Below, piece after piece: positions 24,937 to 37,566 of a DNA stretch of 64,000 nt. The position numbers and the translations under genes are program-made. How positions within the stretch are numbered: position 1 is the first letter of the stretch; each line of letters starts with the position of its first letter. Origin of the DNA: Parasitella parasitica NRRL 2501 (Eukaryota > Fungi > Mucoromycota); assembly GCA_025201805.1 (NCBI GenBank), contig MU619343.1, positions 49,889-113,888 on the forward strand, written 5' to 3'. The notes beneath the pieces were generated by a model. That model was given only the letters and a program-made list of their open reading frames with translations. It had not been told where the DNA came from and did not search any database.

Positions 24937-25608
24937 AGTCATAACCAATGTGTATACTCTTTTCATGTAACGATATATCTTTTTTCTTTTTGTCGCGCGT
25001 TCTTTAATTTAATGCATACAGCCATGCAGATAATATTTATAGATAATAAACCGTGTATTCTTCTGCTTCTACTTACTCATGTCGTTTGCCTTATTACTAT
25101 AATATACCAGCAAAGCAGACACACTGAGAATATTTATTGAATTATTACGTAAAGACCCAAATTGATCAAGTAATTTAAAATGCGTGCAGCATATTCCTTT
25201 AAAACGTAAAAAAAGCACAGCACCCACACCTGAAGATCATGAAAATTGTATGATAAAATAAACAGGAAACACACTACGAAATCTCTAATATTACAAAGAT
25301 GTAAGTCAGGCTTACATCATAAGAATACTACGAGCAAAGACCTCGGCACACACGCTACTGTACAGTTCGTGTATTACATTGATTATATTACATAAAGTTT
25401 GACAGATTCATGTATCTGAATTGATTGTGCAGGTATAATTAGTTGATGCTGATATTGTACGAAACCCTTAGTTTCTCAAGATGTGAATTATATTTTTCTA
25501 TTACTATTTTGAAATCATTGTAACATGATGTGATACATCAGCCCTCCTATTCTACATTGATATGATAATGACATTTGATCTATTGTTCCATTTTTTATTA
25601 TTTACAAA

Positions 25609-26351
25609 TTACTGACGCTGATTTTGATATTCCTCCTCCTTTGCTGGATCCTCAAACGCTTCAGGCTCTGCAAGGCCATTGATAGTGGGAGGTTCAAACA
25701 CAGATTCCAAGTGTCTAAGAGCAGCTTGTTGCATTTCATTCAATTCAGCTTCGTCACTAGGGTCAGCATAAAATTCGTCATAATCATCTTCCTCTTGTTC
25801 AGCCATAAACTCTTGATCAGGGTGAAGAGAAGCACATTCATTCATAGCCATGTAAATACCTTCTACTTTNNNNNNNNNNGTCAATAAAGAAACTTCTTGA
25901 ACTTCAAGATCGAAAATACTTACAAGCGCCTCCATCTCTAGGAATTAAACGTAATTCTGTCACTGTTTCCTCTCTTTCTTGTTCATCTTCCGGCAACTCT
26001 TGATTAGGGAAAAATAAACCAGAATCAAGCTGACAGTAAATGTTGGGTTGACCATCTTGTCTAGAAATGGCATGAATAATAATGTCTGGGTATTCTACAG
26101 CGATGCCAGATTGTGCTATTTCTGAATAAAAGTATAATTGACTAGTTTTAGATGTTAGTTATATCGTGTACTTTTATATATATATATTTGGCGATGAGAA
26201 ACGCTTACTCTTCGCAGACACTAAGTTCGCCAAAGATGGGGTCTTGATGTCCTGCTAATGGAGGAGAGATCAACAAGGCAGTGTCTTTTTGAATATGACG
26301 AGACTTTAAAGAACTAGTATCTGGTGCTTGGCTAAGTAAAGTAACTGTCAT
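25609..26351 (-). CDS. pICln / methylosome subunit (CLNS1A/Lot5-like PH-fold protein)
   Basis: GIAVEYPDIIIHAISR, IYCQLD, TELRLIP, IYMAMNECASLHPD and AALRHLESVF motifs. Confidence 0.9.
25870..25879. other. Assembly gap (10 N) inside an intron
   Basis: Run of n. Confidence 1.
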
Positions 26352-26729
26352 TTTCAACAAATTGTTTTCAGATGAAGAAGGGACAGAAGATAAACCATCA
26401 ACGAAAAAATTTGTGCCGTTGTTCAAAGGTTTATCATACTAGATGCACACCTCAGATCAATTGTTGCTACGTTTGTATCGAGCCAACAAGAAATAAAAAA
26501 AAAAGAAGAAGCTCCAGCCAAGCAAGCAGTTCATGTTGACCCTAAGTTAGATGCTTTCGAAACCTTTCAATCGAGTGTCAAAATTCTTTTAAGCAGACAA
26601 TTGCCATAAATTTTATTTCATATAATATATGTACATGCTTTGAGTATAGAAAGGAACAAGAAAGGATAAAGAGATAAAAAAAAAAACAATTAATATAAAG
26701 AGAAAACAAATCAAAAAAGAGGGAATCAT

Positions 26730-27096
26730 CTAAAACTTGATGGCAGATTTCTTTCCCTTCTTTTTCTTTTCCTTCAATTTTCTGGCATGTCGGTTGCTAC
26801 GAGGTCCACTAGTAGAGATCTTTTTCTTGGGTTCTTCTTCAGTCATGGCATCAGCGTCAGCCGTAGATACAGCAGCTTCTTTTTCTTCTTCCATAAAATC
26901 ACCAACGCTAGGCTTTTTGGCAGCATCGGCCTGAGCTTGTGCTAAACGAGCAAGACGGGCATCTTCAACAGGCTTAAAGATTTTCTCTCTTTTGAGAGCT
27001 GGTATAATTCAGTACATCAATCTCAAATAGCTAAAATTATTTAAATACAATACCTCTAGTTCTTTTCTTTGTGTGTGATCTCAAACTTCTAGCCAT
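26730..27096 (-). CDS. Small basic nucleolar protein (DUF2423 / YBL028C / LLPH-like), 2 exons
   Basis: MARSLRSHTKKRTR|ALKREKIFKPVEDARLARLA...KISTSGPRSNRH...KKSAIKF*. Confidence 0.85.
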
Positions 27097-28615
27097 TGTG
27101 TAATACAGATATATATGTCAACAAGTCGATTAGAAATAGGTAAAAGCAGAAAAACATTTTTTTTTTCAATTGATTTGAAGCATCTTTAGACAGCCACAAA
27201 GAACCCACATTTCACCTCAAAAAAGTTAAGTTTCGTGACTGAAAATCCCCTTTTAAACCTGCATGATGGACCTTCGCCTACGATGCTTGGCCTTGTTGAC
27301 CTCTTCTTTGTTTAGTCACATAAAATCAAGATCGAAGCCTTGTCTGATACATTGTTATGATTACTGAATTGATTATATTCCAAGGTGGTAATTTCAGCTT
27401 AAAAAATCAATTATACTCTTTTAGCTTTTTAGTCTAATAGAATATATTAGAAGATGTCATGAACAGTTTGAATGACGGCTGATAAAGAGGTTTCGAATTG
27501 TCAATCGTAATGTTACTTCACCATTACACTTTTTAAGGCTTGTTAGAGAGACATAATAGAGAACCGAATTTGCGTTTTCTATTCATAGATCGAAGATTTA
27601 CTATTGCAAGCAGAATTGCTCTGCTATAAAAACGCAGCTGATATCCTGTTTGTCGCAATTAACGACAGTACGTGTAATACAGCCAAAATATCTTTGTAAT
27701 TAGCGGATCGGCATACTCTTCATTTAAAAAAATCAAGATAAAAAGAAGATTATAATCTCATAAATGGATCTGCTCTCATTTTCTAATTGTTCGTAAAGCT
27801 GCTATTTAGCATCGTTTAATAAAGGCAAATGCTGAAGATCAAATAACACAACAACATCTTGATGGTGGTAGTATGTACGCTCAAAAACTACTTTGCCAGG
27901 ATTATTCTTGTTGTAAGGATTTTCAATTTTGAAGGGCATTGGATTTTTTTACATGTTTTTTTCTTTTGAAAATCATAGCCAACTCTCGACAAGCTGCCTT
28001 CTACAAAACATTCGATTGCCATCTTATCCCAATCGGTATCTATAAAACAATGACAATAGTAATGCTGTGCTAAAAGTAACTGATAGCAATTTTTTTTTTG
28101 TAGTATCTCCTCTGGCCTCAGGTACATTTCTTATTTGAAGGGTCTAAATTTTGATGAATGTACTTGATAATTGTTTAATTGTCTAGAAACTTAACAAATA
28201 AAATATGAAGTATAAAATATACCTCAGAAGTTCATTTGAATCTGCCATCTCAAAACACAAAAAGTGAGTATGTTCAAGGAAATGTAATCTATACATAATA
28301 AATAGTTATAACTCTTCATCGATTGAGAGCTCTGTTTAGAGCATTAGATTTGCAAGTTGATACACAATTATCAGACATGCATTGGCATGTAATAATCATT
28401 TCAATGCAACTTGCTTCGAAATAAACAGTACTTGGAAAATAAATGAGACGCATCTTGGGCGACATGAGCAGGATGGTGGATAAATTTTTTTGATCACATT
28501 GTCACAAAGCAGTCGATTTAGTAACGAGGTCAACGTTCAATGGTTTATTCAACAGAATAAAATGCGTAAATGAGGGCATGCATGGAATGATGGATATTTG
28601 TATAATATATAGGAA

Positions 28616-29184
28616 TCAGGTTTGTGGCTGAAATTGATCAGGTTGTGGTGATGAAAAGACCTTTTTTATGATTTCATTCCTTTTGAACAAATGTCAGCAT
28701 TTGCGGAAATGTCGAGATAAAACGGCATTATTTTACCTAGTTTTGTAGCTATGAAGCTGTTCTCTTAGCTGATCGAGATTTTTAATGGGTAAAATGCCTT
28801 CGATATCTTCTTTTCTATTGATAAATAATTGTATCAGTCAAATAAATGCATACCATAAACCCATGGATTAAGCACATACAGCTTACGAGCTGATATTCCC
28901 TCTATTGTTAGGTTTAGCAAACTGGCATCTTCGTCAAATTGATCGCTCATTTGACTTTGTTCTAACACACAGTCAGTTACTTGGAATTTGGAGCTGTAGC
29001 TATCCACAGATTTGAGCTGAGAAGCAGAAGAATCGAGCTCGACCAAGATAACATTATCTTTCGGTATATTTAACGGAAAATCTTCGTCTTCAAACACATA
29101 ATGTATAACGGGATATTTGTATGTGTTGTGTATTTGATCATGAATAACAACAAACTGAGGTATATCTAACTGCGATGTGTTCAT
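28616..29184 (-). CDS. Atg31-like autophagy protein, 3 exons
   Basis: YPVIHYVFEDEDF, VILVELDSS...SVDSYSSKFQVT, LTIEGIS; C-terminal helix LREQLHSYKTR|NEIIKKVF. Confidence 0.6.
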
Positions 29185-29399
29185 AATAAAAACGATAAAA
29201 AGAAAGTTGGTAAGGTTGGTCATAATGTACAGGACATCTATTGATCATTTTATTGGTTACGAATTACTTGGTGTGGATCAACAACCCAGCAAAAATTACT
29301 ACTACGAGGAAGGGAGAGCAGCCATGCCTGTGTGAAAATTAAAATATACTCTTTTCTTACTCCCTTTTCCTTTTCATTACAAATAATTTATTTCTCGAA

Positions 29400-30371
29400 A
29401 TGTTCATTTACAAACCTCAATTTTATGCTTTGGGTAAAAGAAGCTCCACCATAACAAGGATGCTTCTTGCTCGTCATAGTTCGTCCTCTTCATCTTCGAC
29501 CGCCAAATTGGAAAATGAAGTCAATAAAGATAAAGCAGCTGCGAAACCAACAGTTGCCAAAAGCGGGGAACAGCAACAACAACAGCAACAGCAACAGCAA
29601 CAGCAGCCGTTCAATTTAACGGACAAGACCAAGAGCCTCAAGATTCCTTTTATGCCTGTAATCAATATCCCAGAAACTGAATTCGCACACAATGCTTTTT
29701 TCTCTCTTCACAGACCACTTTTAGGGCTATCTGATGAAGACGAAAAGCCATTTTTTAGCAATAGATCTGAAGAACGAGACCAAGAAAAGCGTAAGTGTAT
29801 AATTCTCGGATGTTGCCATGGCGACTTTATGTATGTGATATTTATAAATTATTTGGTAGTTGATGATGTATTGGCTAGTTACATGATGGATTTACAACCT
29901 TTTGTGGAACCGCCTGCGCCTGGTGCTGAATTATCAGATCATAATAGTCTGCATACACAAAAAGAGCTGGAAGAAGATGAGCATCTTGAAAGAGGGGTGT
30001 CATTTAAGATTATAGACGATGGGGAGTTTGTAGATGGTTTCATGCCAAACAATTCCCTGGCTGAGCAGCAGCAGGAGCAGGAAGAAGAGTTGGAACATGT
30101 TGTTCAAACACACAGTTTACCAATGTATCATATGCCTGAAAGTGGAGATGTTTTGGACTATTTGACATCGATTGAGTCAAAAATAAAGATGGAACATGCA
30201 AGACTGGATGCAGAAGATAGCGCAAAGGCATTACGATTAAAGAAATTAGAAATGATCGATAGTACAAAACGATTTAGCCAAAGCAAGCCAAGATTTTATG
30301 CCATTAATCACAATAGGAATATCCACTCAAGATTACGTCGTTATCAACAAAAATGGAATTTGAAGGATTAA
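29400..30371 (+). CDS. Putative mitochondrial protein with a COX24-like FFSLHRP motif; probable intron 29791-29859
   Basis: Arg/Ser-rich presequence-like N-terminus, polyQ, AFFSLHRPL, and PFVEPPAP motifs. Confidence 0.7.
   Translation: MFIYKPQFYALGKRSSTITRMLLARHSSSSSSSTAKLENEVNKDKAAAKPTVAKSGEQQQQQQQQQQQQPFNLTDKTKSLKIPFMPVINIPETEFAHNAFFSLHRPLLGLSDEDEKPFFSNRSEERDQEKRKCIILGCCHGDFMYVIFINYLVVDDVLASYMMDLQPFVEPPAPGAELSDHNSLHTQKELEEDEHLERGVSFKIIDDGEFVDGFMPNNSLAEQQQEQEEELEHVVQTHSLPMYHMPESGDVLDYLTSIESKIKMEHARLDAEDSAKALRLKKLEMIDSTKRFSQSKPRFYAINHNRNIHSRLRRYQQKWNLKD
29570..29606 (+). repeat. CAR trinucleotide run encoding polyQ
   Basis: cagcaacaacaacagcaacagcaacagcaacagcag. Confidence 0.9.
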
Positions 30372-30703
30372 ACACTCTTATTGTAAAAAAACCAAATACA
30401 CAGCTATATACATATATTTCCCCCCCCCCTCTCTCTCTTTTTTTCTCTTTCTCTTCTTGCTTTTATTTATTACGGTAAAAATGCAATAAAAGACTCTAAA
30501 CCATAACTAGAAAACGGTTGTATTTGCTTGTTGTGATATGTTATTTATGTTGCTCAGCTGATGTTCTTGTATTAAAAATGGACTCTTTAACCTTGCTTTG
30601 TGTCTCTCATCATTCCCATTTAAACCCCCCCTTAATATTCTTGTCTTGTTTTCTTTTTTCTTTTAACATTTACAATTTATAACAAAACGAAAAAGCTATC
30701 AAA

Positions 30704-32244
30704 ATGTCTTTGTCGCAGCAGTCTTCAACAGAACAGTTTAGCAGTGAGCAAGGTATTTTCTATCACCAGAATTGGCATCAAAACAAGCTTTTGGTTCACA
30801 TTCCTACCTTGTCAAAAAATCAGCATTACCCGAATCTCTTCATTGCATCAAATCCAAGAAAATCACTCAGGATAGGCAGCAAATGCTTATTGGAGACCAC
30901 ATCAAAGACGCCTTTGAACGTCGGGTTGGAAAATGTGTTGTTCGTCTCTACATTGCAGAATTACTGGGCGCGTTCGACCACATGTAAAATGAAGAGACAT
31001 GCAAGCAGCAGCGGTGCACAAAACCACTCCTCGTCTGTCAATGCAGCAAGAAGACACTCGCAGCCTGATACCAACATGTCGCAACAGCATCATACAATGA
31101 CAGAGTATGCCTCTGCTCCATGTAACAGCAGCAACAGTAGCAGCAGCAGAAGCAGCAGTAGTAACGCTATTCAAACTAGCCACGACGTTCGACGCCTGTC
31201 ATTTCAATCGGATGCTGCGTCTACGGAATTGATCCGACGATTCAGCGCTGAGAGTACAACCAGCAGCCTATCGAGCATCTCTTCATTTATCTTTGAAAGC
31301 CATGCTAAACTTTATCAGCAAAGGCAACAGCAGCATAGAGTCCCATCGTCAAGTGACGCACAGACTGGTCCTCCAGTAGGAGCAGCAGAAAATGTTAGTG
31401 ATTTAATACAAACAGCAGAAGCTGGCCAAAAACAAGAGCAACAGGATCGTGACCCTGGTCATGCCTGTGACACCATGCAAAGCCCCTCTAAACAAATGCA
31501 GCAACTTCAAGGCACAACAACACCTATCAAGCAAGACGATAATAAAGACCAATTGCCCATATGGGCAGACCCTATTAAAGTCAAGCAAAACCCAACAAAG
31601 TTTCAATATACCAAATCCTACATGAAGCAAAGTAATATCCCCAATGACTCCAGCCTGCCGCTTGCAAAGCCATGTGTATTTCATTTCAGCCAAACCAATA
31701 CATCCTCTTTCAACAAGTCAGAACAGTACATTTCTGCTGTGAAGCCGCTGTTTGAATGCGATTCAGTCTGGAGCTTTGCAGCTCGGTGGCGTACGCTCAA
31801 GGAAAAATACGATAAAAAGCCCTCACAACTCTTACCAAACCAGAACCTCTTTTGTTTTATCAAAGGCATTGAGCCCATGTGGGAGGACCCAGTCAACAAG
31901 GATGGCGGAAGGCTGGTTATTATAGTCAATAACAGCGGCAATCATCTGGATGATGTGTTTGAGTGGATCCTCTGTGCTTTTGTTGGCGGGGGATTGCATG
32001 AGAATGGCGTTGTGGGAATTGCAGTATCAAAGAGACATCGTGGTGATAGAGTGGAGTTGTGGCTAGATCAGACCGCAAATGACGACATGATACCTGTATT
32101 GAAGTGAGTATATAGATAGATCAACTGCATGTTGCCAAATTGCTGACTTGATTTTCTCCTAAAAGGAACAAATTGTGTCATCTTTTGGCCAGCACCTGTC
32201 ACGATGAAATCCAGTCAGGACGATACAAGAAGCATTTCAAGTAA
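30704..32244 (+). CDS. Atypical eIF4E-family protein with a long N-terminal extension (intron about 32104-32165)
   Basis: LFCFIKGIEPMWEDPVNKDGGRL, GVVGIAVSKRHRGDRVELW, terminal YKKHFK*. Confidence 0.88.
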
Positions 32245-32512
32245 ATTAACATATATATATTAACAGCAAAACAATACCTTTTTCAATCAAATCTGTAAAT
32301 AGCTTCACTGGATAGCATTGCTTTTTAATCGAATAACAGCCAACAAAATATATTGCAATATAAAAAAAAAACCATTCGCGACATTACATAACAATGAAAA
32401 TAAAAAATAACCATAGCAACTCCCTTTTTTATTTTGACATGTATATAAATGAGCGATCTTCCAGCTGGACCCTTTCTTTATTTTCTTTCTCTCTTATACA
32501 TAATACGCACAA

Positions 32513-33205
32513 ATGTCCATCATCACATCCCCAGCCATCTTTAAGCGCCTGTCGTGCCGTCTGCCCGCCAGAGTCAATTCAATTAACCCCTCCTCATCCT
32601 CATCCTCCACCATCTCATCCTCATCTTCCTCCTCCGCTAATAGCACCGCAATCAATAGCAACTCCACATGTCCATTACCACCAAGCAAAAAGCAAGTAAA
32701 ATCGAAAAGTAACCAATTCAAAGTATCCCATGATATCACCATGCTGTACGAGCTGTTCTCTACACTGTCTCCAGGAAAGTTGCCGTGCGCTACTGCCAGC
32801 CCAATGCCCGTTTGTTTGTGTTGCGAACGGAAGATCACAAGCCAGGTCTGCCTCCCAAATCAACGTCAACATGAAACAGCACACAACAAGCAGACCTCTG
32901 CCTTATTCTACGGCTCTCAAAGCGTGAAAAAATACATGAAAAACATCATGACAAAAACAAACCTGAACGACATTATCAGCCACGGATTCCCGTGTCCACA
33001 CACAGCGCTGAAGAGCGCCAAAAACAAGATCCAGTACTACTGCGAGCAGTGCGAGCATGATAAACGACAAGACACCATCCGCCTGACTCTGACACCATCA
33101 CACTGTCGCTCCCAGGATAATGAAATATATAATAACAACGCTAGTACATTGACTCCAAAGCAAAAAACGTTGAAGAAAAGAAGGGGCTGCATATTCTTCA
33201 TGTAG
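32513..33205 (+). CDS. Hypothetical Ser-rich, Cys-containing protein, intronless
   Basis: 230-aa ORF with a TATA-like TATATAAA at about 32442; motifs DIISHGFP and TIRLTLTP...DNEIY. Confidence 0.75.
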   Translation: MSIITSPAIFKRLSCRLPARVNSINPSSSSSSTISSSSSSSANSTAINSNSTCPLPPSKKQVKSKSNQFKVSHDITMLYELFSTLSPGKLPCATASPMPVCLCCERKITSQVCLPNQRQHETAHNKQTSALFYGSQSVKKYMKNIMTKTNLNDIISHGFPCPHTALKSAKNKIQYYCEQCEHDKRQDTIRLTLTPSHCRSQDNEIYNNNASTLTPKQKTLKKRRGCIFFM

Positions 33206-33364
33206 CAAATAATAGATCTCCTAGAAAAAATTAAACAATAAAATAAACTTTATCCTTTTTAATAGAACAAAAAACAAAAAAAAAGAAGCTTTTGTCTCAT
33301 TGTCATTCCATTTTATTGAATGTTTATATTTATTGTTTATATATTGTTGCACGATGGTAAGGAG

Positions 33365-36300
33365 TTAAACCACGTAGATGTTTGAGATGGGCTTCATTGC
33401 CGTCTTTACTCGTCCTACCACATCAGAAACTCGTTTTTTGAATGCCTCGTTTTCACAATCAACAGCCTATAGCCACAGTGTTAGTTTTTGCCTCAATGCG
33501 AATGCCGTTGCAGTACACTTACAAATTCACACGTATCGACAGTTGCTACAATACCATCCACGTCAATAGTGATCTTTTTTTCCTTTTCGTTCAGCTCGAC
33601 TTGCCCAAATTGAGCTTCTAAAAATGAGGCAACATCTAAAAATTCTTTATCCAACTGCTCAGCCCGTTCCAAAGCTTCTGTTTCTTTTGATTTGGGCGAT
33701 CCATGACTATGTGAGCAAGGCTGCGAACTCGCTAGAAGAACCGCATTAACAAACCCGGACCATAGTAGCTACACGCGCATATTTTTATATATAATATATA
33801 TGAACATATACCTTTCACACTTGCAGGAGAGCTATCGATGGACAACAATACTGCCAGTACTGAATCAGCCACCATGTCATTCATTGCATTGCCAATCCAC
33901 TCCAAAGTCACTTGATTCGTATTAGAAGCTAATCTCTTGATATCAATCGTGTCGAATACGCGAAGCACCGTGCCCTCTTGACTAGTGGCTCCCTCGTCTT
34001 TTCCGATTTCAGTCTCTGCAATAGTGCCAAACATCATCTCGAGATGCCATTTCAGAAGCCCAATGCCAGCATTGAATGGCACCACTTGACGTTGTGTCAC
34101 CACTGTTGTGATAAGCCCGCCTAATTCATTCAGGTCTTCAGGACTCATGATGTTCAATTGGAAGTCTTTGACAACAAGCACACCATTCAGAGGCTGGTTC
34201 TCTGTGGGATACTTTGCAGCCAATCTACCAATGGTCTGCGTTTCCAAGCAATAGTCAGCAAAATAACCATCTCACCAGAGTTGCAAGTCAACTTTACCTT
34301 GGCCATTTTCTCACCACGGAAATGTAGCTTGACTGTGTCACAGTTCTTTGGTGTGTAGATTGTGATGTTTTCTTCCTTTTCAGAATATTTACTTTGCAGG
34401 GCCGATTTCAAACGATACATGGCATTAGCCTCACCATGAACAAGGATCTACCCATTGCCGAGAAAGAAAGAAAGAAAGAAAGATTCATTTAAACTGGGAA
34501 TGTACTCATAATTGCTCCATTTACTTACAACATGAGGCGCCTTGACATCGTCGATGAATTTGCTATTTTGAGTGAAATCGACATGCGCAGAGAATGAGAT
34601 ATAGTCTACCGACATTTTTAATGGCACTTTGCGACCATCCATAGCCTGAAAGTCTTGGGGTTCGTTCATTGCTTGCTACAAGGACAAGATTAATGCACAC
34701 GTTGCATATAAAATCACTAGCAGACTTACTCTTGCTAGCGTATTTTCAACGCAGTAACCTGTAATCACCAAACCGTTCTTCTTGTCTGGTGCCCATCTTT
34801 CAAATAACTCTCTGGATAAACCATTCTACATACAGCGTCGTCAGGCACATGCACCACATGGACGTATAAAAAAATGTGCTTACCTGAAGCATACCAGGAC
34901 TTGCCATCATAACACAGGGACCCGAGTCCTCAAATTGCTCTACATTTTTGAGATTACTGATGTGCTTGAACACGAAAGGATTGGATATAGCAAACTGCTT
35001 GCGGATTCGAGCATTCATCATGTTGATGTATGTTTGGTAGACGGCCATGCATCTTTTCGCTAAACTAGAGGCGTAGTAGATGGGGATGCTGTCCAACTCT
35101 GGATGTGCTTCCCAATACTCGTCCAGAATCAACAGCAGTTCTTGAGCACGGCCAAGCGCAAACACAGGCATCAGGCAGCGTCCTCCACGGCTCACAATAT
35201 TATGAATCAGCGCTTTTAAAAGTCGTTAGTTGATCTATACACCATGAATCATTGGAAAAACCTACATGTAAAGCGAGTTTCTTTTGCAATTCTGGGCTCA
35301 TGGCTTTGCACACCGTAGGTACTTTCTGTAATCAAGACGTCTACAGCTCCCTCTGGCTTCTCAGCAGCCATCAAATGTCTATCCTCCTCTCTAGAGTAAT
35401 CACCAGTGTACAACACTTTGACGCCGGCAATCTCAATCAAGAACATGGCCGCACCAAGTACGTGGCCAGCATTGAAACTGGTGAATTTAATACCTTCGAC
35501 TTCCACTTGTTGGTGGTAGTCCACTGCTTCAATTCGGTGGAAAGAGTTGAGCAGATCCTCCTCGCTATACAATTGATCTTCGTCTCCAATATTACTACCC
35601 AGTATATGCAGTGTAAGCATAGTGTCCACCAACTTTCTATCATTCTCAACATTTTACCTGACACGCAAGTAATCACTCAGCAACCACTTGTAAATAGCCT
35701 TTGTGGGATGTGTCATGAAAACACGGCCTTTAAAGGTGGTCTGAAATGAAAGCATTAGCAGAAATACACGGTATGAATATAGGCTACTTACTCTTTCCAT
35801 AAGATAAGGTACGGAAGCAGCATGATCCACATGAAAACTAGTAATGGGGACCTGTCAAACCCCCCTCTTTTGCGTGTTGCATTACAAATTATATATATAC
35901 ATACTGCGTAACCAAGAGCACATCAATGCTTGCAGGATCCATTTCGTCAAAGAAAGGCAGAGAAGCCAAACCATTGTAAGCAGGGTGGATGCCAGCATCA
36001 AGCTACATTGCAAAACATGTATAAAAAAAGGATCAATACAAAGAACGGAAAAAGCCAACATTCAAAAAAGGCACAGATAATTATCACGCAAGTATAGTAA
36101 GAAAAAAAAAAAAAGGCAAATTTTTATTTCGAAAATAGACAAATCAGTCTCTAATGAATCCATATCCAACATGTACACTGCAAGAGCCCTTTTTTTCTCT
36201 AATTTGCTTTTTTTTTTTTTTTTTTTTTTGATAATTATCCAAGCAAAAAAAATTTATTACCTACCAAAACAGTTTTTCCTTTGTATTCCAAGAGGATTGA

Positions 36301-36405
36301 AGATCTTCCTACTTCATTGCCTGATCCAAGCGGCGTAATCTTTAAAAGGTCGTTTTCGTCTGTGATGGGGATTTGATGCTCTGCTTTGCGCTTGATACCA
36401 GCCAT
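33365..36405 (-). CDS. YSH1: CPSF73 3'-end processing endonuclease (beta-CASP), multi-exon
   Basis: [67 protein letters not shown]. Confidence 0.97.
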
Positions 36406-36654
36406 GTTGGTGTGTAGAAAAGTGTGAAAGAGAAGAGCAAGAATGAACCCCGCGACGCACAACGATTAAATGCTCTGTATAATCACCATCAAAATGACGT
36501 CGCCTGAGCCGCCATGGCTATCCAACTGATCCCCTCTTTTTGCAAACATATAAAAAGCCTCAATACCTCCCCCCACCCCCCTCCTCCTCCTCCTCCTTTC
36601 CCCTTCTTTGCCATCCTTGTATTCTTTATCCGTTTCAAGAACCCAGAAAAAAAA

Positions 36655-37566
36655 ATGAGTCGACACTCAAGCTCGAGTAGCATGCCTACTGCGTCAACTC
36701 CACTGCTAAACGATGGCCCCAAAGTCCGTGGTGTGCATCGAGTCCCAACATTTTTCAAGTCTTCTATTCCCAATCGTCGATCTTTGCTGCATGCGTTTGT
36801 TGGTATGGCTGTCCATATGTTGTTTGAATTGGTACTGCCGATTGTATTGTATTATGTGTTGCGTAGCTTTGTCTCGCCATTGCTAGCTCTGTTGCTTGCC
36901 GGCGTGCCGACTGCAATTGCGGTTGTTGTCAAGGGCTACAGAGAGCGCAAGGTGGACATGATGGGCGTGTTGATGTTGATGGGCTTTGTGGTTTCCGCAA
37001 TCCTGGCATTTGTGCAGTCTGATCCCAAACTGTATCTTTTGCGAGAATCAGCCATGACGTTGGCAATGGGCACCATGCTGCTCTTGACAATGTTTCCGTT
37101 TCGCTGGCGCTACCATGTGCTTCGTCCGTTTATGTTTTATGTTGCCAGACAGATTGCAATTTCAAGCAACGTCCTGATGAATGCCAACACGGTGCGTGAA
37201 CACTGGGATTGGTTTTGGGACTATTACTCTACGTTTCGTTACTTCCTGCGAGCATTGACAGGCGTCTGGGGCCTCGGTCTCGTCAGTGAATTTCTTGTTC
37301 GTGTGGCACTCATTAATTCATTGGACGAAGTTGATGATGTTGTTTATTATTCAAATATTTACATGTTTGTAGTCATGTTTGTTTTGGGTACCTTGACCGT
37401 CGTCAGTGCTTTGTTGCTGAGACACTATTTCAATCTTGAACAGAATCGTATCAAAGTTGCCGAGCGCAGATCAGAAATCGAGGGAATCATTGCGCGTGCT
37501 GCAGCAGAGCAAAAGCAACAGCAGTTAAAGAAACAACAGCAGCAGCAACAAACTCTTCCCCGGTAA
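36655..37566 (+). CDS. VC0807-family (bacterial-type) multi-pass membrane protein, intronless
   Basis: LPIVLYYVLR...ALLLAGVP...SDPKLYLLRES...RPFMFYVARQ...FRYFLRALTGVWGLGLVSEFLVRV, the motif order I recall for the family. Confidence 0.8.
   Translation: MSRHSSSSSMPTASTPLLNDGPKVRGVHRVPTFFKSSIPNRRSLLHAFVGMAVHMLFELVLPIVLYYVLRSFVSPLLALLLAGVPTAIAVVVKGYRERKVDMMGVLMLMGFVVSAILAFVQSDPKLYLLRESAMTLAMGTMLLLTMFPFRWRYHVLRPFMFYVARQIAISSNVLMNANTVREHWDWFWDYYSTFRYFLRALTGVWGLGLVSEFLVRVALINSLDEVDDVVYYSNIYMFVVMFVLGTLTVVSALLLRHYFNLEQNRIKVAERRSEIEGIIARAAAEQKQQQLKKQQQQQQTLPR

Noticed and set aside
27200-28500. Short ORFs, including 27888-28127, in a 1.4-kb intergenic stretch
   Set aside because: No family signal; it may be a decayed gene, but I cannot support that
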